This document shows, one piece after another, positions 49,476 through 59,234 of a stretch of 64,000 nucleotides of DNA. A program made the translations under genes and the position numbers. Every line of letters begins with the position of its first letter. Positions within the stretch are counted from its first letter, which is position 1. This DNA comes from Bdellovibrio sp. GTDB lineage: Bacteria > Bdellovibrionota > Bdellovibrionia > Bdellovibrionales > Bdellovibrionaceae. The DNA is taken from NCBI GenBank assembly GCA_043721535.1, contig JAYSQO010000001.1, forward strand, positions 19,626 to 83,625, read 5' to 3'. The notes below the pieces were generated by a model. That model was not told the origin of the DNA and ran no database searches. It was given only the letters and a program-made list of their open reading frames with translations.

Positions 49476-50927
49476 TTACGGACTTATGAGGGTGTCTTGG
49501 TCGCCAATTCTTTTATATCTGCGATTCATCATTAAGAAAATATCATCATTAGCCACACCAATTAATTCCCCATTGAATTCTTTAGCTAGGCCTTCTGACG
49601 ACGGCTTTCTGTTTTTTTCATCATCATCAAGACCTTTTAGTTTATCATTATACAGCTTCCCTGAATCAATGCCTGCGTTGATATCAACTATTTTTGTACC
49701 ACCACCACTGTCACCAGATCCGCCGCCGGCGTAGTTCATACTCTTAAGTTGGCCTTTTGCATCCAAACCGGCTTTAGCTAAAACTCCATCTTTTGCATTC
49801 ATAGAATCTAATAATGCAGTTGCTTGTGCAGCAGTTAGACCTTTAGCCATCAATGATTTTACATCTTTAAAATCAGATAAACTAAAAACTTTGCCGTCTA
49901 AAGTTTTAATTGAGCCATCTGGTAAAACTTCGGCAAATTTATTCAGTTCAGGGCTAATCAGCGACGAAACTCCACCAGTATTTAGTTTTCCGTTCAGACC
50001 TGCTATGTCGCTTCCGACACCTGGGCAATCAACCACATTAATTGAAGTGCAACCTTCAGGTCGTGTGTATTTTGTTGTTGTTGCTGTTGGGGGCGGCCCA
50101 CAACTTTTTTGTGTTGATGACAGCTGATTATACGCCGTACAAGCTTGGTAAGCTGATGCTTCATGTTCATCAGATTGTTTGTTCGACTGCCCATTCAGCA
50201 ATGTGTACGCTGCACCTAACGCTTGAAACGCAGAGGCTGCAGGGCAACAACCTTGAGGACACGACCCTTTACACATCGCTGCCTTGGCATAATTAAATGC
50301 TGCTAAACCTGACAAAGCTTTCGAAGCCGCATCATACAACGACATACCATCTTCATTTTTTTTCTGAATTTCATCTAGGCCGCCAGTTGCAGTGCTATCA
50401 TCCATGTTCGAATATAAATCTTGATCAGATTTAGTCGCCACGCTGCCTTTAGTTAGATTTGTTGCATTAGTGTAAATACTATTTTTATAATTATAATCTG
50501 CTTGCAAGTTTGCATTAGTTTGCTGACAAGAAAAATAAGCAGTATTTGCAAAACCCATCGTACCAGTAGCGCTTCCACAATCTTTTAATGTCGGTGCAGT
50601 TGGGGCTATAAGTCCAGCACTGTTACCTTCATTAATTGAAGCGGCTTGTGCTGCACCCTGAACGGCTGTACTTCTGCTCGCTGAAATTTGATTATTTCTA
50701 GCAACACAGGCAGGATCTTGAATTTGTTTTGTTTCATATTTTTGGTTTAATGGATTATACACACTTTGTGAAATCATTTTACAGGTTTCATACTGTAAAC
50801 TTGATTCATTGAGAACATTTTGTTGAGCCCCATCTAAATAACTTGTCTGCGCAAATACAAATTGAGACAGGAAAAAACCGACAGCGCTTATTAATAATTG
50901 GCCCTTAAAATGAATATTCTTTTTCAT
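49476..50927 (-). CDS. Secreted Cys/Ser/Gly-rich hypothetical protein (483 aa)
   Basis: SD GGGGGAAG, signal peptide (…FVFAQ), Cys clusters, Gly-rich linker. Confidence 0.85.
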   Translation of the reverse strand: MKKNIHFKGQLLISAVGFFLSQFVFAQTSYLDGAQQNVLNESSLQYETCKMISQSVYNPLNQKYETKQIQDPACVARNNQISASRSTAVQGAAQAASINEGNSAGLIAPTAPTLKDCGSATGTMGFANTAYFSCQQTNANLQADYNYKNSIYTNATNLTKGSVATKSDQDLYSNMDDSTATGGLDEIQKKNEDGMSLYDAASKALSGLAAFNYAKAAMCKGSCPQGCCPAASAFQALGAAYTLLNGQSNKQSDEHEASAYQACTAYNQLSSTQKSCGPPPTATTTKYTRPEGCTSINVVDCPGVGSDIAGLNGKLNTGGVSSLISPELNKFAEVLPDGSIKTLDGKVFSLSDFKDVKSLMAKGLTAAQATALLDSMNAKDGVLAKAGLDAKGQLKSMNYAGGGSGDSGGGTKIVDINAGIDSGKLYNDKLKGLDDDEKNRKPSSEGLAKEFNGELIGVANDDIFLMMNRRYKRIGDQDTLISP

Positions 50928-50944
50928 ACTTCCCCCAAAAAAAT

Positions 50945-53257
50945 CTATGGCGCAGAAATCAAACTGCCGCGTGCTTCTGTGTATCTTTCTTTAATTTTAT
51001 CAAAATTTGATTTACCTGATGCAGTAGAAATTTCTGCACGCACTTGATCCGATGCAATTTTTCTTTTGATCGCTTGCAGCTGAACATCTTTTTGTTCTTT
51101 GGATAAAGATTTTCCACCTTTATCATTACCTTTTAATCCAAATAAATTTCCAAAACCTTTTGCTAAAGATGAAAAACCCATAGAAAATTTTGATTTTTCT
51201 TCTTCACCAGCAACACCTGCTGGTTTTGATGCCCCCGCAACACCGCTACCACCAGCTGAGCCGCCAGAACCTGTAGCTTCAGCAGTGCCGAATGGTGATG
51301 TAGGACTTAATCCATTGTCTGTTTTTGCTGCAATATCACTTGGTATATCACCAAACTGAATATCTGAATCAGATATTTTTGGTGCAGCTACGGAAGAAAA
51401 ACCAGAAACATTACCGACACCTTTTTGTAATCCTGCAAAACCAGAAACATTTGATCCGCCAAGGCTACCCAAACAACCCGCACCACTTGGATCAGCAGCA
51501 CAACGACAAGTTATGCTTGATGAATTCCCCGGCTGAGCACAAAACTGCGCCGTTGTTGCCAGTGATCCACTGCCTGAACCATCACCCGACGATAGTTGCT
51601 TTTCACATTTTTTTGAATCCATCGCTGCCGATAATAGTGCTGCTGCTTGTGCACCCATTGTTAGGATGTCTGCGCCGTTTTTTTTACATTGAGCTATTGG
51701 TACCGCAATTTTTTCTGGCTCAGGTTGAATTATCCCAGCTAAATTAGTTCTTTCAGCTTGAACAGTTGTAACATACTGTTTGATCTCTGGATAATTACTT
51801 GCTTCAACTTGACTGTTATAATGGTCTAAACACAGTTCTAAAAAATTACTCGCATTATTTATTTCAGTTAAGTTCTTTTTTGCATCTGCACAACTGAAAT
51901 CGCATCTAAATTTATAGCCTGAGCAAATAGCCTGAGCAGCTAACATTCCTCCGTTAGCAATACTGCTTACATTACCCATTACACCACAAGACTCAGAAGC
52001 TGCAGTTGCTTTTGATAAAACAGCAGTACCCGCACTAATCATTTTTTGAACATCTAATGCTTTCGGACTTCTCACTGTATTACAAAAATTATCTGCAGAT
52101 ATTGCATTCGAATTACAATCGCTTTTGTATCTCGAATATTTATTTGCAACTTCTGACAAGCTTTTAACTTCACTTGAACAAAATGGTCCACTGTTTGCCA
52201 TTTTATCTACTGATGCTTTAATTTTTTGGCCAATTTGTGAAACTTCGCTATCTGAATTCTGAGTTTGAGTTGCAGCTGTAGCATCTTTCGATTCTAAATT
52301 TTCGGGATTAGCTACCTCTTCAGCTTTAGGTTTAACTCCAGCTGGTGCCCGATCAACTTCAGGTTTTGTTTTCTCTAAGCTTTGATTCGCTAGGTTTTTA
52401 CTTTCTGCAGGCGTAGGCACAGACTTAGAATTTTGGTAATTAGGAGCAATTTGCTGTTCGCTTGAATCAACTGGTGCAGCACTTTGATTTGCAGCACTTG
52501 AAATAGCAGTAGGCTGTGGAACATTCAATTTTAAATGTGATGAGTAAGGATCAGAATTATTTACACTTCCGTGATTACTACTTGGAGCTGCTGATGAAGA
52601 ATCTGCTACTTGCTGGTTAGTTTTGTCAATTGCTTCGTTAACGGATTTGCCAATATTAGCACTACCCCATTTAAAATCACCAACGCCTTTAATTAATTCA
52701 TTACCACTTGCTTTTCCAGAGTTAAGAATTTCTTTCCCTGCGGGCGTGGCCGCCAAAACAGGAGCCATTTGTTTTGCAACGTTTAACAAATCTCCACTGC
52801 CACCGCCACCACTGCCACCACCATTGTCAGATTTACCTGGTGATGAAGATGATCCAGAACTTTTTGCAACTTGTGCTTGGGTAGCTTGCGGTTGTGCAGC
52901 TTTTGATTCGGCAACTGTTATAGTCTGACATTTTGAACCAACAGCTTTATTGAATTCTGCTTTTGCTGTTGCAGCTGGTATTACATCACTGCCGTAAGTA
53001 TAAAATCCAACGCCATCGACAGTCAGAAGTTTTTGAACCATTCTGCGACCGATTAATTCATTCATAATTTTATTGCGATCAGTGTCAGAAAGTTTTTGAT
53101 AACAAGCTTTAAATTCGCGGCTGCAACCAGTTTGACATTGATCATTGAAAAATTTAGTTTTGAGTTCTTGATCTGAACTAGCTGACGCTTCAGCAATGAA
53201 TATGAAAAAATTAGATAGAAAATATAGGATAACGAACAGAAAATGATTTGAAGTCAC
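50945..53257 (-). CDS. Secreted Cys/Ser/Ala-rich hypothetical protein (770 aa)
   Basis: GTG start after a GGGGGA SD, signal peptide, low-complexity linkers and a Cys-rich core; co-oriented 17 nt from the 483-aa gene. Confidence 0.85.
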   Translation of the reverse strand: MTSNHFLFVILYFLSNFFIFIAEASASSDQELKTKFFNDQCQTGCSREFKACYQKLSDTDRNKIMNELIGRRMVQKLLTVDGVGFYTYGSDVIPAATAKAEFNKAVGSKCQTITVAESKAAQPQATQAQVAKSSGSSSSPGKSDNGGGSGGGGSGDLLNVAKQMAPVLAATPAGKEILNSGKASGNELIKGVGDFKWGSANIGKSVNEAIDKTNQQVADSSSAAPSSNHGSVNNSDPYSSHLKLNVPQPTAISSAANQSAAPVDSSEQQIAPNYQNSKSVPTPAESKNLANQSLEKTKPEVDRAPAGVKPKAEEVANPENLESKDATAATQTQNSDSEVSQIGQKIKASVDKMANSGPFCSSEVKSLSEVANKYSRYKSDCNSNAISADNFCNTVRSPKALDVQKMISAGTAVLSKATAASESCGVMGNVSSIANGGMLAAQAICSGYKFRCDFSCADAKKNLTEINNASNFLELCLDHYNSQVEASNYPEIKQYVTTVQAERTNLAGIIQPEPEKIAVPIAQCKKNGADILTMGAQAAALLSAAMDSKKCEKQLSSGDGSGSGSLATTAQFCAQPGNSSSITCRCAADPSGAGCLGSLGGSNVSGFAGLQKGVGNVSGFSSVAAPKISDSDIQFGDIPSDIAAKTDNGLSPTSPFGTAEATGSGGSAGGSGVAGASKPAGVAGEEEKSKFSMGFSSLAKGFGNLFGLKGNDKGGKSLSKEQKDVQLQAIKRKIASDQVRAEISTASGKSNFDKIKERYTEARGSLISAP

Positions 53258-53278
53258 AAGTCCCCCTATGCCTATAGC

Positions 53279-53304
53279 TTATCGGTCTTTAGTCTAGAAA
53301 CTTA
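53279..53304 (-). promoter_or_regulatory. Possible sigma28 (FliA) promoter for the 770/483-aa operon
   Basis: Minus strand TAAG-N14-ACCGATAA, 21 nt upstream of the GTG. Confidence 0.45.
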
Positions 53305-53354
53305 AATAACGGGGGTTTACGTATCAGAATGAGTCATCAAATTAATACATCGAA

Positions 53355-54638
53355 TTAATTTTTTAATAATTTTATATTTTTCGATAAAGTATCAAATATC
53401 GAATCACTTATGATTTGAGGAAAATTTTGAGGTATCTTTTTACTTACCTGCCGAATAACTATATCAACAAGATCAATCAATTCTTGCATGACTTTCTCTA
53501 TTTCTTGATCGGAAAAGTGACAAATCTTTGCAGTTTGCTGCCAATGTCTTCTATGAATTTCTGAAATTTTATAGCGACGCTTATCGCCTATACACATAGA
53601 CATTTTTAAATCTTGATATTGGATCTTTTGATTTTTAACTAAAGGTGCCGCTGAAATAATATCATAAAACGGAGTCAACTGATAGCCCTCTGGTGAATGA
53701 AACAAACTAAAATTTTTACCATGCCCGTCTATTGCCGCTATGGCCCAATATAAAATTTGAGCTTTCATAAAATTTTTACGATCTTGGTCACGACTTTTTG
53801 ATGTGTCTAAAATTGTCATTATAGTTTTAAGACTTGGCCCACCATCGATTTCATACTTATGGTCAGATGAAATCGACAATGCTTGGCAAAAATCTTCTTG
53901 AGGTAGCCGAATTAAAAAATCATCTCTCCACAAACGGTCAAATCTTTCGATAACTAAAATTTTATACGAATCTATTTCAAGTATTTCTGTTTTCGCGACT
54001 GGCAATCCAAAGGCTTGCACTATTTGTGCACAAAGCCATTCATTTTCGACGGAATTCATCAAAGACACTGATGCTTTTTCTGAATTCATAGCAGGCTTAA
54101 AAATATGTGTAGTTGGTGTAGAATTTGTCGGTCTTAGCCATTGATTTTTATATCTCAAGAAAGCGGTTTTTTCCTGCATACCAGCTAATGATAATCGAAA
54201 GTCTTTTGTTGATACTAAACCTAATGGATAAAATTCTAAATTTTTGATTGTCTTTAAAATTTCAGCATCAGATACCAATTCACCTTCCGGCTGTTGTAAA
54301 GTCGGCCAAGCTTTATCTTCAGAAACAAACTGCATGGCGCCAACACAATCTTTACCAATACGAGCTAAAAGATCAAAAACTTCAGAACTATTTGCATGAG
54401 TCAGCTGTGCAATTTTTTTTCTAACGCTGACATTATCTGGTAATAAATTATCAAAATAATTAAAAACGACTGAACCCGTGTATGGCTCTTCTTTCAGATT
54501 AAAAGGTAAAGAAAATGAAAAAACTTTCGGGTTTAGCAACCAGCTTTCTGAATAAGTGAAAACTAATTGATTTTTTTTATTCTGAATCAATTCACCAATA
54601 TGAATGTGGTTCATAAAAACATTTAATTTTTGCTGCAT
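53355..54638 (-). CDS. hipA: HipA-family kinase toxin, module 2
   Basis: NYFDNLLPD, SLAGMQEK, THIFKP, ERFDR, PQEDFCQAL, DGHGKNFS, PFYDI. Confidence 0.94.
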   Translation of the reverse strand: MQQKLNVFMNHIHIGELIQNKKNQLVFTYSESWLLNPKVFSFSLPFNLKEEPYTGSVVFNYFDNLLPDNVSVRKKIAQLTHANSSEVFDLLARIGKDCVGAMQFVSEDKAWPTLQQPEGELVSDAEILKTIKNLEFYPLGLVSTKDFRLSLAGMQEKTAFLRYKNQWLRPTNSTPTTHIFKPAMNSEKASVSLMNSVENEWLCAQIVQAFGLPVAKTEILEIDSYKILVIERFDRLWRDDFLIRLPQEDFCQALSISSDHKYEIDGGPSLKTIMTILDTSKSRDQDRKNFMKAQILYWAIAAIDGHGKNFSLFHSPEGYQLTPFYDIISAAPLVKNQKIQYQDLKMSMCIGDKRRYKISEIHRRHWQQTAKICHFSDQEIEKVMQELIDLVDIVIRQVSKKIPQNFPQIISDSIFDTLSKNIKLLKN

Positions 54639-54922
54639 TAGAACAACCCTTTGTACGGATCATCGCTATGCACACGTTGTGAAATTTTGATTTCATAATC
54701 AAAGACTGCTAAAATGGCGAATAGTGTTTTCAACGTGGGTACTTTGTCTTTTTTTTCTAGATCAGAAATCGTCCCTTGGCGTCCACCGATTTTTTTTGCC
54801 AATTCTGTTTGCGTCCATCCTTTTTGTTTTCTTAACCGCTCTACTGTAGGACCCACTTCTTGAATACTTCGTAAAAATAAGGGTATTGCCTGAGTTTTTT
54901 TCTTCACAATTTTTTTCTTCAT
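54638..54922 (-). CDS. HipB-like XRE antitoxin, module 2
   Basis: HTH WTQTELAKKIGGRQGTISDLE; 1-nt overlap with hipA. Confidence 0.9.
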   Translation of the reverse strand: MKKKIVKKKTQAIPLFLRSIQEVGPTVERLRKQKGWTQTELAKKIGGRQGTISDLEKKDKVPTLKTLFAILAVFDYEIKISQRVHSDDPYKGLF

Positions 54923-54996
54923 ATACGCTCCAACGTATATAGTTTATCTTATACGCTATAGCGTGTAAATATGTATTTATACGCTATAGCGTCTTT
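54921..54996 (-). promoter_or_regulatory. hipBA-2 promoter with three palindromic operators
   Basis: ATATACGCTCCAACGTATAT (54921), TTATACGCTATAGCGTGTAA (54949) and TTATACGCTATAGCGTCTTT (54977). Minus-strand TTTACA(54969-64)-17-TAAACT(54946-41). Confidence 0.85.
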
Positions 54997-55123
54997 AGTC
55001 GGTCTTTTTAAGAAAGTCATTGTAAGAAGTAAGCTATCGACACATGAGCTATAGTAGATTTATCAATGCCGATGACATTGGTTTGAATGACTTTTTAGTT
55101 TCTATAGCTAGCCAATAGTGCCA

Positions 55124-57616
55124 CTAAAATTTTAAGAAATTTTCGTCAACGGGGTTTCTGATTTCTGAGCTTCCGGTGCCGGGGCCGCCTAAATCTTTAT
55201 GTTTAGTTTTTTGACGAACTAAATCAGAAGAAATAAGTTTCACTGAATACCCTGTGCGACCACCAGTCACACAATTACCTGGAACATCTGGCTGGCTTTT
55301 GTCATCTTCTTGCAATGTCGAATATATTTTTTCGTTACCCGTGCCATTGCCTTTGCGTTCGTCATTACAACTTCCGAAGTGCATAGTGTATGGCTTTGTA
55401 TCATATGAAGGTTCAGGAAATTCTTTATATTTACGGGGATCGTTGTATGTCCAGCCAGTTAGAGTCGCAGCTGGATTGCGGGGGATGAATGTGAAGAACA
55501 TATCTTTTACTGAATCTAAATTTTTAATTCGTATTTTAGATATATCATCGCTACTGGCAGCAAATAATTCCGCAACAACTTGTAGCTGACGACTGACATT
55601 GAATTCACGTGTGATCTGTGCAATTTTATCATTAACTGTAGAACCAAAATCATAGGGGAAAGCTAGCTTGCTAGCGTCTTCACCCGCTTTGTTGGCCATC
55701 TCACGAAATCCACTTTTGAATTGCCCAGAACCATCTTCAACTAAAATATCTTTACCATAGGCTTGATAAAAATTTGGTTCAATCGAATAGTATGAAACAT
55801 CAAACTGATTTGGTGCAACAACTGAGACTTCAATATCTCGTGTATAAGTATTTTTTGCGGTGCTACCATTAGCATCAATATCAATCGCCAATGGATCGTA
55901 ATCACTATCATTAGGAGTCTTTGTCAAATGGCTCCACTCTGACATGCTCGGCCAGCTATTTGGTTTCAATTTTATACTTTGATTTTGATCTTCTATTTTT
56001 GTGTCCGCTGATATTTTTGTATTCTGTCCTGGACTGCCATTAGGAATAACTTTGGCATTCAGCATTCCCTGATAAATTCCTAAATATTTATGATTGCGTA
56101 AACCTAGCTTGTCATCGATATACAATGAAAAGTTTGGAGTCACTTTAATTGAATCTTTCAATTTATTAACTAACTCTGAAGAAAAACCCGCTTCTTGTGT
56201 TGTACGCGCTGGTAGGTTGTAATCTGTGCGACCTTGTTCCCAATCACCTGCGCTACTTTTATCACTCCCTTGCGACCATGTTTTATAATACCAAGGGCCC
56301 AGAGTACCGCCGAATGGCTTAGCAAATGAAATTGCATTTAATTTAATTTTTGATAAAGGCAAGAATGGAATTCTTGGTTCACTTGTTGCTTTCACGCCGT
56401 AATAAACATTGTACCAAGGGTTTTTTTCAAAACCTAAAGTATTAATTTCTGCTGAGTTTTTTGCAAACAGATCTTTCATTTGTCCTGATATCTCTTTATA
56501 CTGCATATCGAATTTTTTCCAAACCGCTGCCTGTGTATTAAATGCACCTGTAGCATCATCACCAAAATTTTTAATATCAATCTGTGGATTACAATTATTT
56601 CCACTACCTGAACCGCATTGGCATTGTAGTAAAAAAAAGTTTAAATATTGAAAAGTAATTTCCGAAATTAATTCTTTTTCTTTATTCTTAGCACCATTAT
56701 ACGTCGTTATAGATGTGGGTGTTAAAGATGACTTATTTGCTTCTGTTAGATTATTTTTTAATGTATTTTCAACGCCAGTTAGTACTTTTTTTCCATCTAA
56801 ATCTAAAATTTCATTTTCAGGTTGAGTTAAGTTGTTATTCAAAACTTTAATTATTCTTTTTCGATTATCAGTATCAAAATAATAATTAGAATAAAATAGT
56901 CCCATTGACGCCAAGCTTACTGGTCCCAAAGTCTCACATCTACCCTGAAGATTAGCATTCGTTTTCGAAATGGCTGCATTTACGGCTTTGCCAATATTTG
57001 CATTTCCCCAAGAAAAGCCACCGACGCCGGATAAACTTTTAATACTGGTAGATGCATTGTTCATATGATTGCAATTGATTTTACAAAACGTTTCACCATC
57101 ACCTGCGTTAGCAAACCAATCTTGAAATCCATTATGACCCATACATAAAAACGGTGTGTCCGTAAAATTCATTTGATCAGCGCCACCACCGACGCATTTC
57201 AAAGAACCCGAATTACTATTAAACTCTAAGTGGCTCTTATATTTTTCCCATGCAATCGGAAGAGCGGGTGCTATTGTGGGGTTAATGTTTGTCCCTCCAA
57301 CTAGCCTTGGTTCCCGCTCCACCCCAAACGTCCCCAACACCCTGTATCGCCAAGTAAATAATTTCCAGGCTTGGCGGATTTGAAAATTTACATGGGCCAT
57401 CACATTTAAAATTTCAGCTTGCTTCATCGCGCCATAATAGGCGGCAAGATCTGTTGATTGTTGTAAATTAATTTTGTGATGAACAAGAAGTCCGACATTG
57501 ATCAACATTGCGAAAAAAACAAAAACCACTTGAAAAATAAGGGCCACGAAAACAGCGACCTGCCCTTTTTGATTTCTGCGAGATAAAATAAATTGTGGTT
57601 TTTTTTCTGATTTCAT
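55124..57616 (-). CDS. TadG-like pilus assembly protein / large pseudopilin
   Basis: RRNQKGQ followed by a hydrophobic helix and KINLQQSTDLAAYYGA (Tad domain signature); large C-terminal region. Confidence 0.8.
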   Translation of the reverse strand: MKSEKKPQFILSRRNQKGQVAVFVALIFQVVFVFFAMLINVGLLVHHKINLQQSTDLAAYYGAMKQAEILNVMAHVNFQIRQAWKLFTWRYRVLGTFGVEREPRLVGGTNINPTIAPALPIAWEKYKSHLEFNSNSGSLKCVGGGADQMNFTDTPFLCMGHNGFQDWFANAGDGETFCKINCNHMNNASTSIKSLSGVGGFSWGNANIGKAVNAAISKTNANLQGRCETLGPVSLASMGLFYSNYYFDTDNRKRIIKVLNNNLTQPENEILDLDGKKVLTGVENTLKNNLTEANKSSLTPTSITTYNGAKNKEKELISEITFQYLNFFLLQCQCGSGSGNNCNPQIDIKNFGDDATGAFNTQAAVWKKFDMQYKEISGQMKDLFAKNSAEINTLGFEKNPWYNVYYGVKATSEPRIPFLPLSKIKLNAISFAKPFGGTLGPWYYKTWSQGSDKSSAGDWEQGRTDYNLPARTTQEAGFSSELVNKLKDSIKVTPNFSLYIDDKLGLRNHKYLGIYQGMLNAKVIPNGSPGQNTKISADTKIEDQNQSIKLKPNSWPSMSEWSHLTKTPNDSDYDPLAIDIDANGSTAKNTYTRDIEVSVVAPNQFDVSYYSIEPNFYQAYGKDILVEDGSGQFKSGFREMANKAGEDASKLAFPYDFGSTVNDKIAQITREFNVSRQLQVVAELFAASSDDISKIRIKNLDSVKDMFFTFIPRNPAATLTGWTYNDPRKYKEFPEPSYDTKPYTMHFGSCNDERKGNGTGNEKIYSTLQEDDKSQPDVPGNCVTGGRTGYSVKLISSDLVRQKTKHKDLGGPGTGSSEIRNPVDENFLKF

Positions 57617-57714
57617 TCCAACATTTATGTTATCACGTGCACATGTGAAATCACCAGACCAACGACGCGTTTTGACCCAATTAGGACTACTAAATGGGTC
57701 GCTTTTTGACCCGT

Positions 57715-59049
57715 TTAAATTTTATATCTGGCTATAAACCCTTCGACTGCATAATAAGGCCAGTTTTTGACCTGAAGGTACGAGTTTTCTGCTAGTTTGA
57801 CTTTATCATCATGAAAATATTCATTTGAAAACTTAGTAGCTAAATCGATATTCTTTTCTTGAGCGAAAACTTGTAACGATTTCAATCGATTGCCTTTTGC
57901 AGCTTTAACTTCGATAGGTAGAATTTTTTTATCATGGCTCCAGATAAAATCAATTTCGGCTTTATCTTTATCTTTGTCTTTTAGCCAAAAATAATTTTCA
58001 GGCTGATTATTTTGATTATATGCGTAAGCCAAGTGCTGTGAAATAAATTGTTCTGCTAAAAAGCCTTTTGTTTCAAAAGATGAATCGAAAAGATCATTGA
58101 AATCATCCCAACTGATTTTATGAATTGAATTCAACAGACCAATATCAAGAAAATAAAATTTTAGCACAGAATGATCGATTGTCGAAGCCACTGGCAGCTG
58201 TGTCGCATTGACATGATAACAGGGCACCAGAATGTGTGCCAATCTTAGCATTTCAATATATTTTTTAATTTCAGCCGATTTCATTTCACGTTCAATATGC
58301 TGATAAATTATTTTTTTTCCTAAATGAAATGGAATTTTTTGAAAAATTTGTGTTAATTTTTCTAAGTGAGTTCTTTTTTCGTATTTCGGAAAATCAAGAG
58401 TATAAGACATTAAAATGTCATTTTGAATTTTTCTGACTTCGGTAAACGATTTTGTGTCGACATAAGTTTGAACAGCTTTTGGCATCCCACCGATATAAAA
58501 ATAATTTTTGACTTCTTGTTTTAAAAGCTCATGAGAATATTCTGGTATTTCATTGTTGATAATAGATTCAGCCAATTGTGTTTTATTAATACCATTTAAA
58601 TATTCTGTGAATGTCATTGGTGAAAGATAAAGATATTCCACCCGGCCTACAGGAAAAGATATACTTTGTTCACTAAGGCTTAGTTCTAAGAGTGACCCTG
58701 CGCAAATAACTGGTATTTCTTTTTTTTCTTCATAAAAATATCTAAGTTTTGATAAAGCTTCAGCTTGATTTTGAATTTCATCAATAAAAATAATCGTTTT
58801 TTCATCAATTTTTTGACTCGATATGATTTCTATTTCATTGATCCAGCTTTTGATATCAAAGTTTTCTGAATCGATTGAGCGAAACTTTGTTTTTTCTAAA
58901 TTGATTTCAATTAATTTATAATTTTCATTTTTTGCGAATTGTCTAACTAGATACGACTTGCCGACTTGGCGGGCTCCACGAAGCACTAATGGCTTTCTGT
59001 CATAATGTTTTAGCCATATTTTAAGACTACTTTCAGCTATTCGTTTCAT
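57715..59049 (-). CDS. AAA_14/DUF4143 ATPase, copy 3 (long type)
   Basis: GARQVGKS, IFIDEIQ, CAGSLL, FPVGRV, KFYFLDIGL, EIDFIW…IEVKA. Confidence 0.92.
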   Translation of the reverse strand: MKRIAESSLKIWLKHYDRKPLVLRGARQVGKSYLVRQFAKNENYKLIEINLEKTKFRSIDSENFDIKSWINEIEIISSQKIDEKTIIFIDEIQNQAEALSKLRYFYEEKKEIPVICAGSLLELSLSEQSISFPVGRVEYLYLSPMTFTEYLNGINKTQLAESIINNEIPEYSHELLKQEVKNYFYIGGMPKAVQTYVDTKSFTEVRKIQNDILMSYTLDFPKYEKRTHLEKLTQIFQKIPFHLGKKIIYQHIEREMKSAEIKKYIEMLRLAHILVPCYHVNATQLPVASTIDHSVLKFYFLDIGLLNSIHKISWDDFNDLFDSSFETKGFLAEQFISQHLAYAYNQNNQPENYFWLKDKDKDKAEIDFIWSHDKKILPIEVKAAKGNRLKSLQVFAQEKNIDLATKFSNEYFHDDKVKLAENSYLQVKNWPYYAVEGFIARYKI

Positions 59050-59081
59050 ATCAAATATATAGCATTTAGATTTGCTTATGT

Positions 59082-59141
59082 CAATAACACCCCTGTTTTA
59101 GTCTATTTTAAGTACAATAACACCCCTGTTTTAGTCTATTT
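59082..59141. repeat. Exact 27-bp direct repeat, two copies, 33-bp period
   Basis: CAATAACACCCCTGTTTTAGTCTATTT at 59082-59108 and 59115-59141. Confidence 0.95.
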
Positions 59142-59234
59142 AACTCTCGTTAGACCTTAGTCCGATTTATCACCAACGAGTCCCCTAAACGTTATTCATC
59201 GTTTAAAATAAAGATTATTCCGAAGGATAAATTT

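Noticed and set aside
53285-55000. 10-bp direct repeat GTCTTTAGTC (53285 and 54991) flanking hipBA-2 as a target-site duplication
   Set aside because: It is short and AT-rich, similar TAGTC words are common in intergenic DNA here, and there is no transposase or terminal inverted repeat. Chance is not excluded.
57630-57712. TCAC-N8-GTGA dyad and GACCCA…TGGGTC hairpin between tadG and AAA copy 3
   Set aside because: The U-tract is on the wrong strand for a terminator of the AAA gene and the dyad occurs only once, so no function can be supported.
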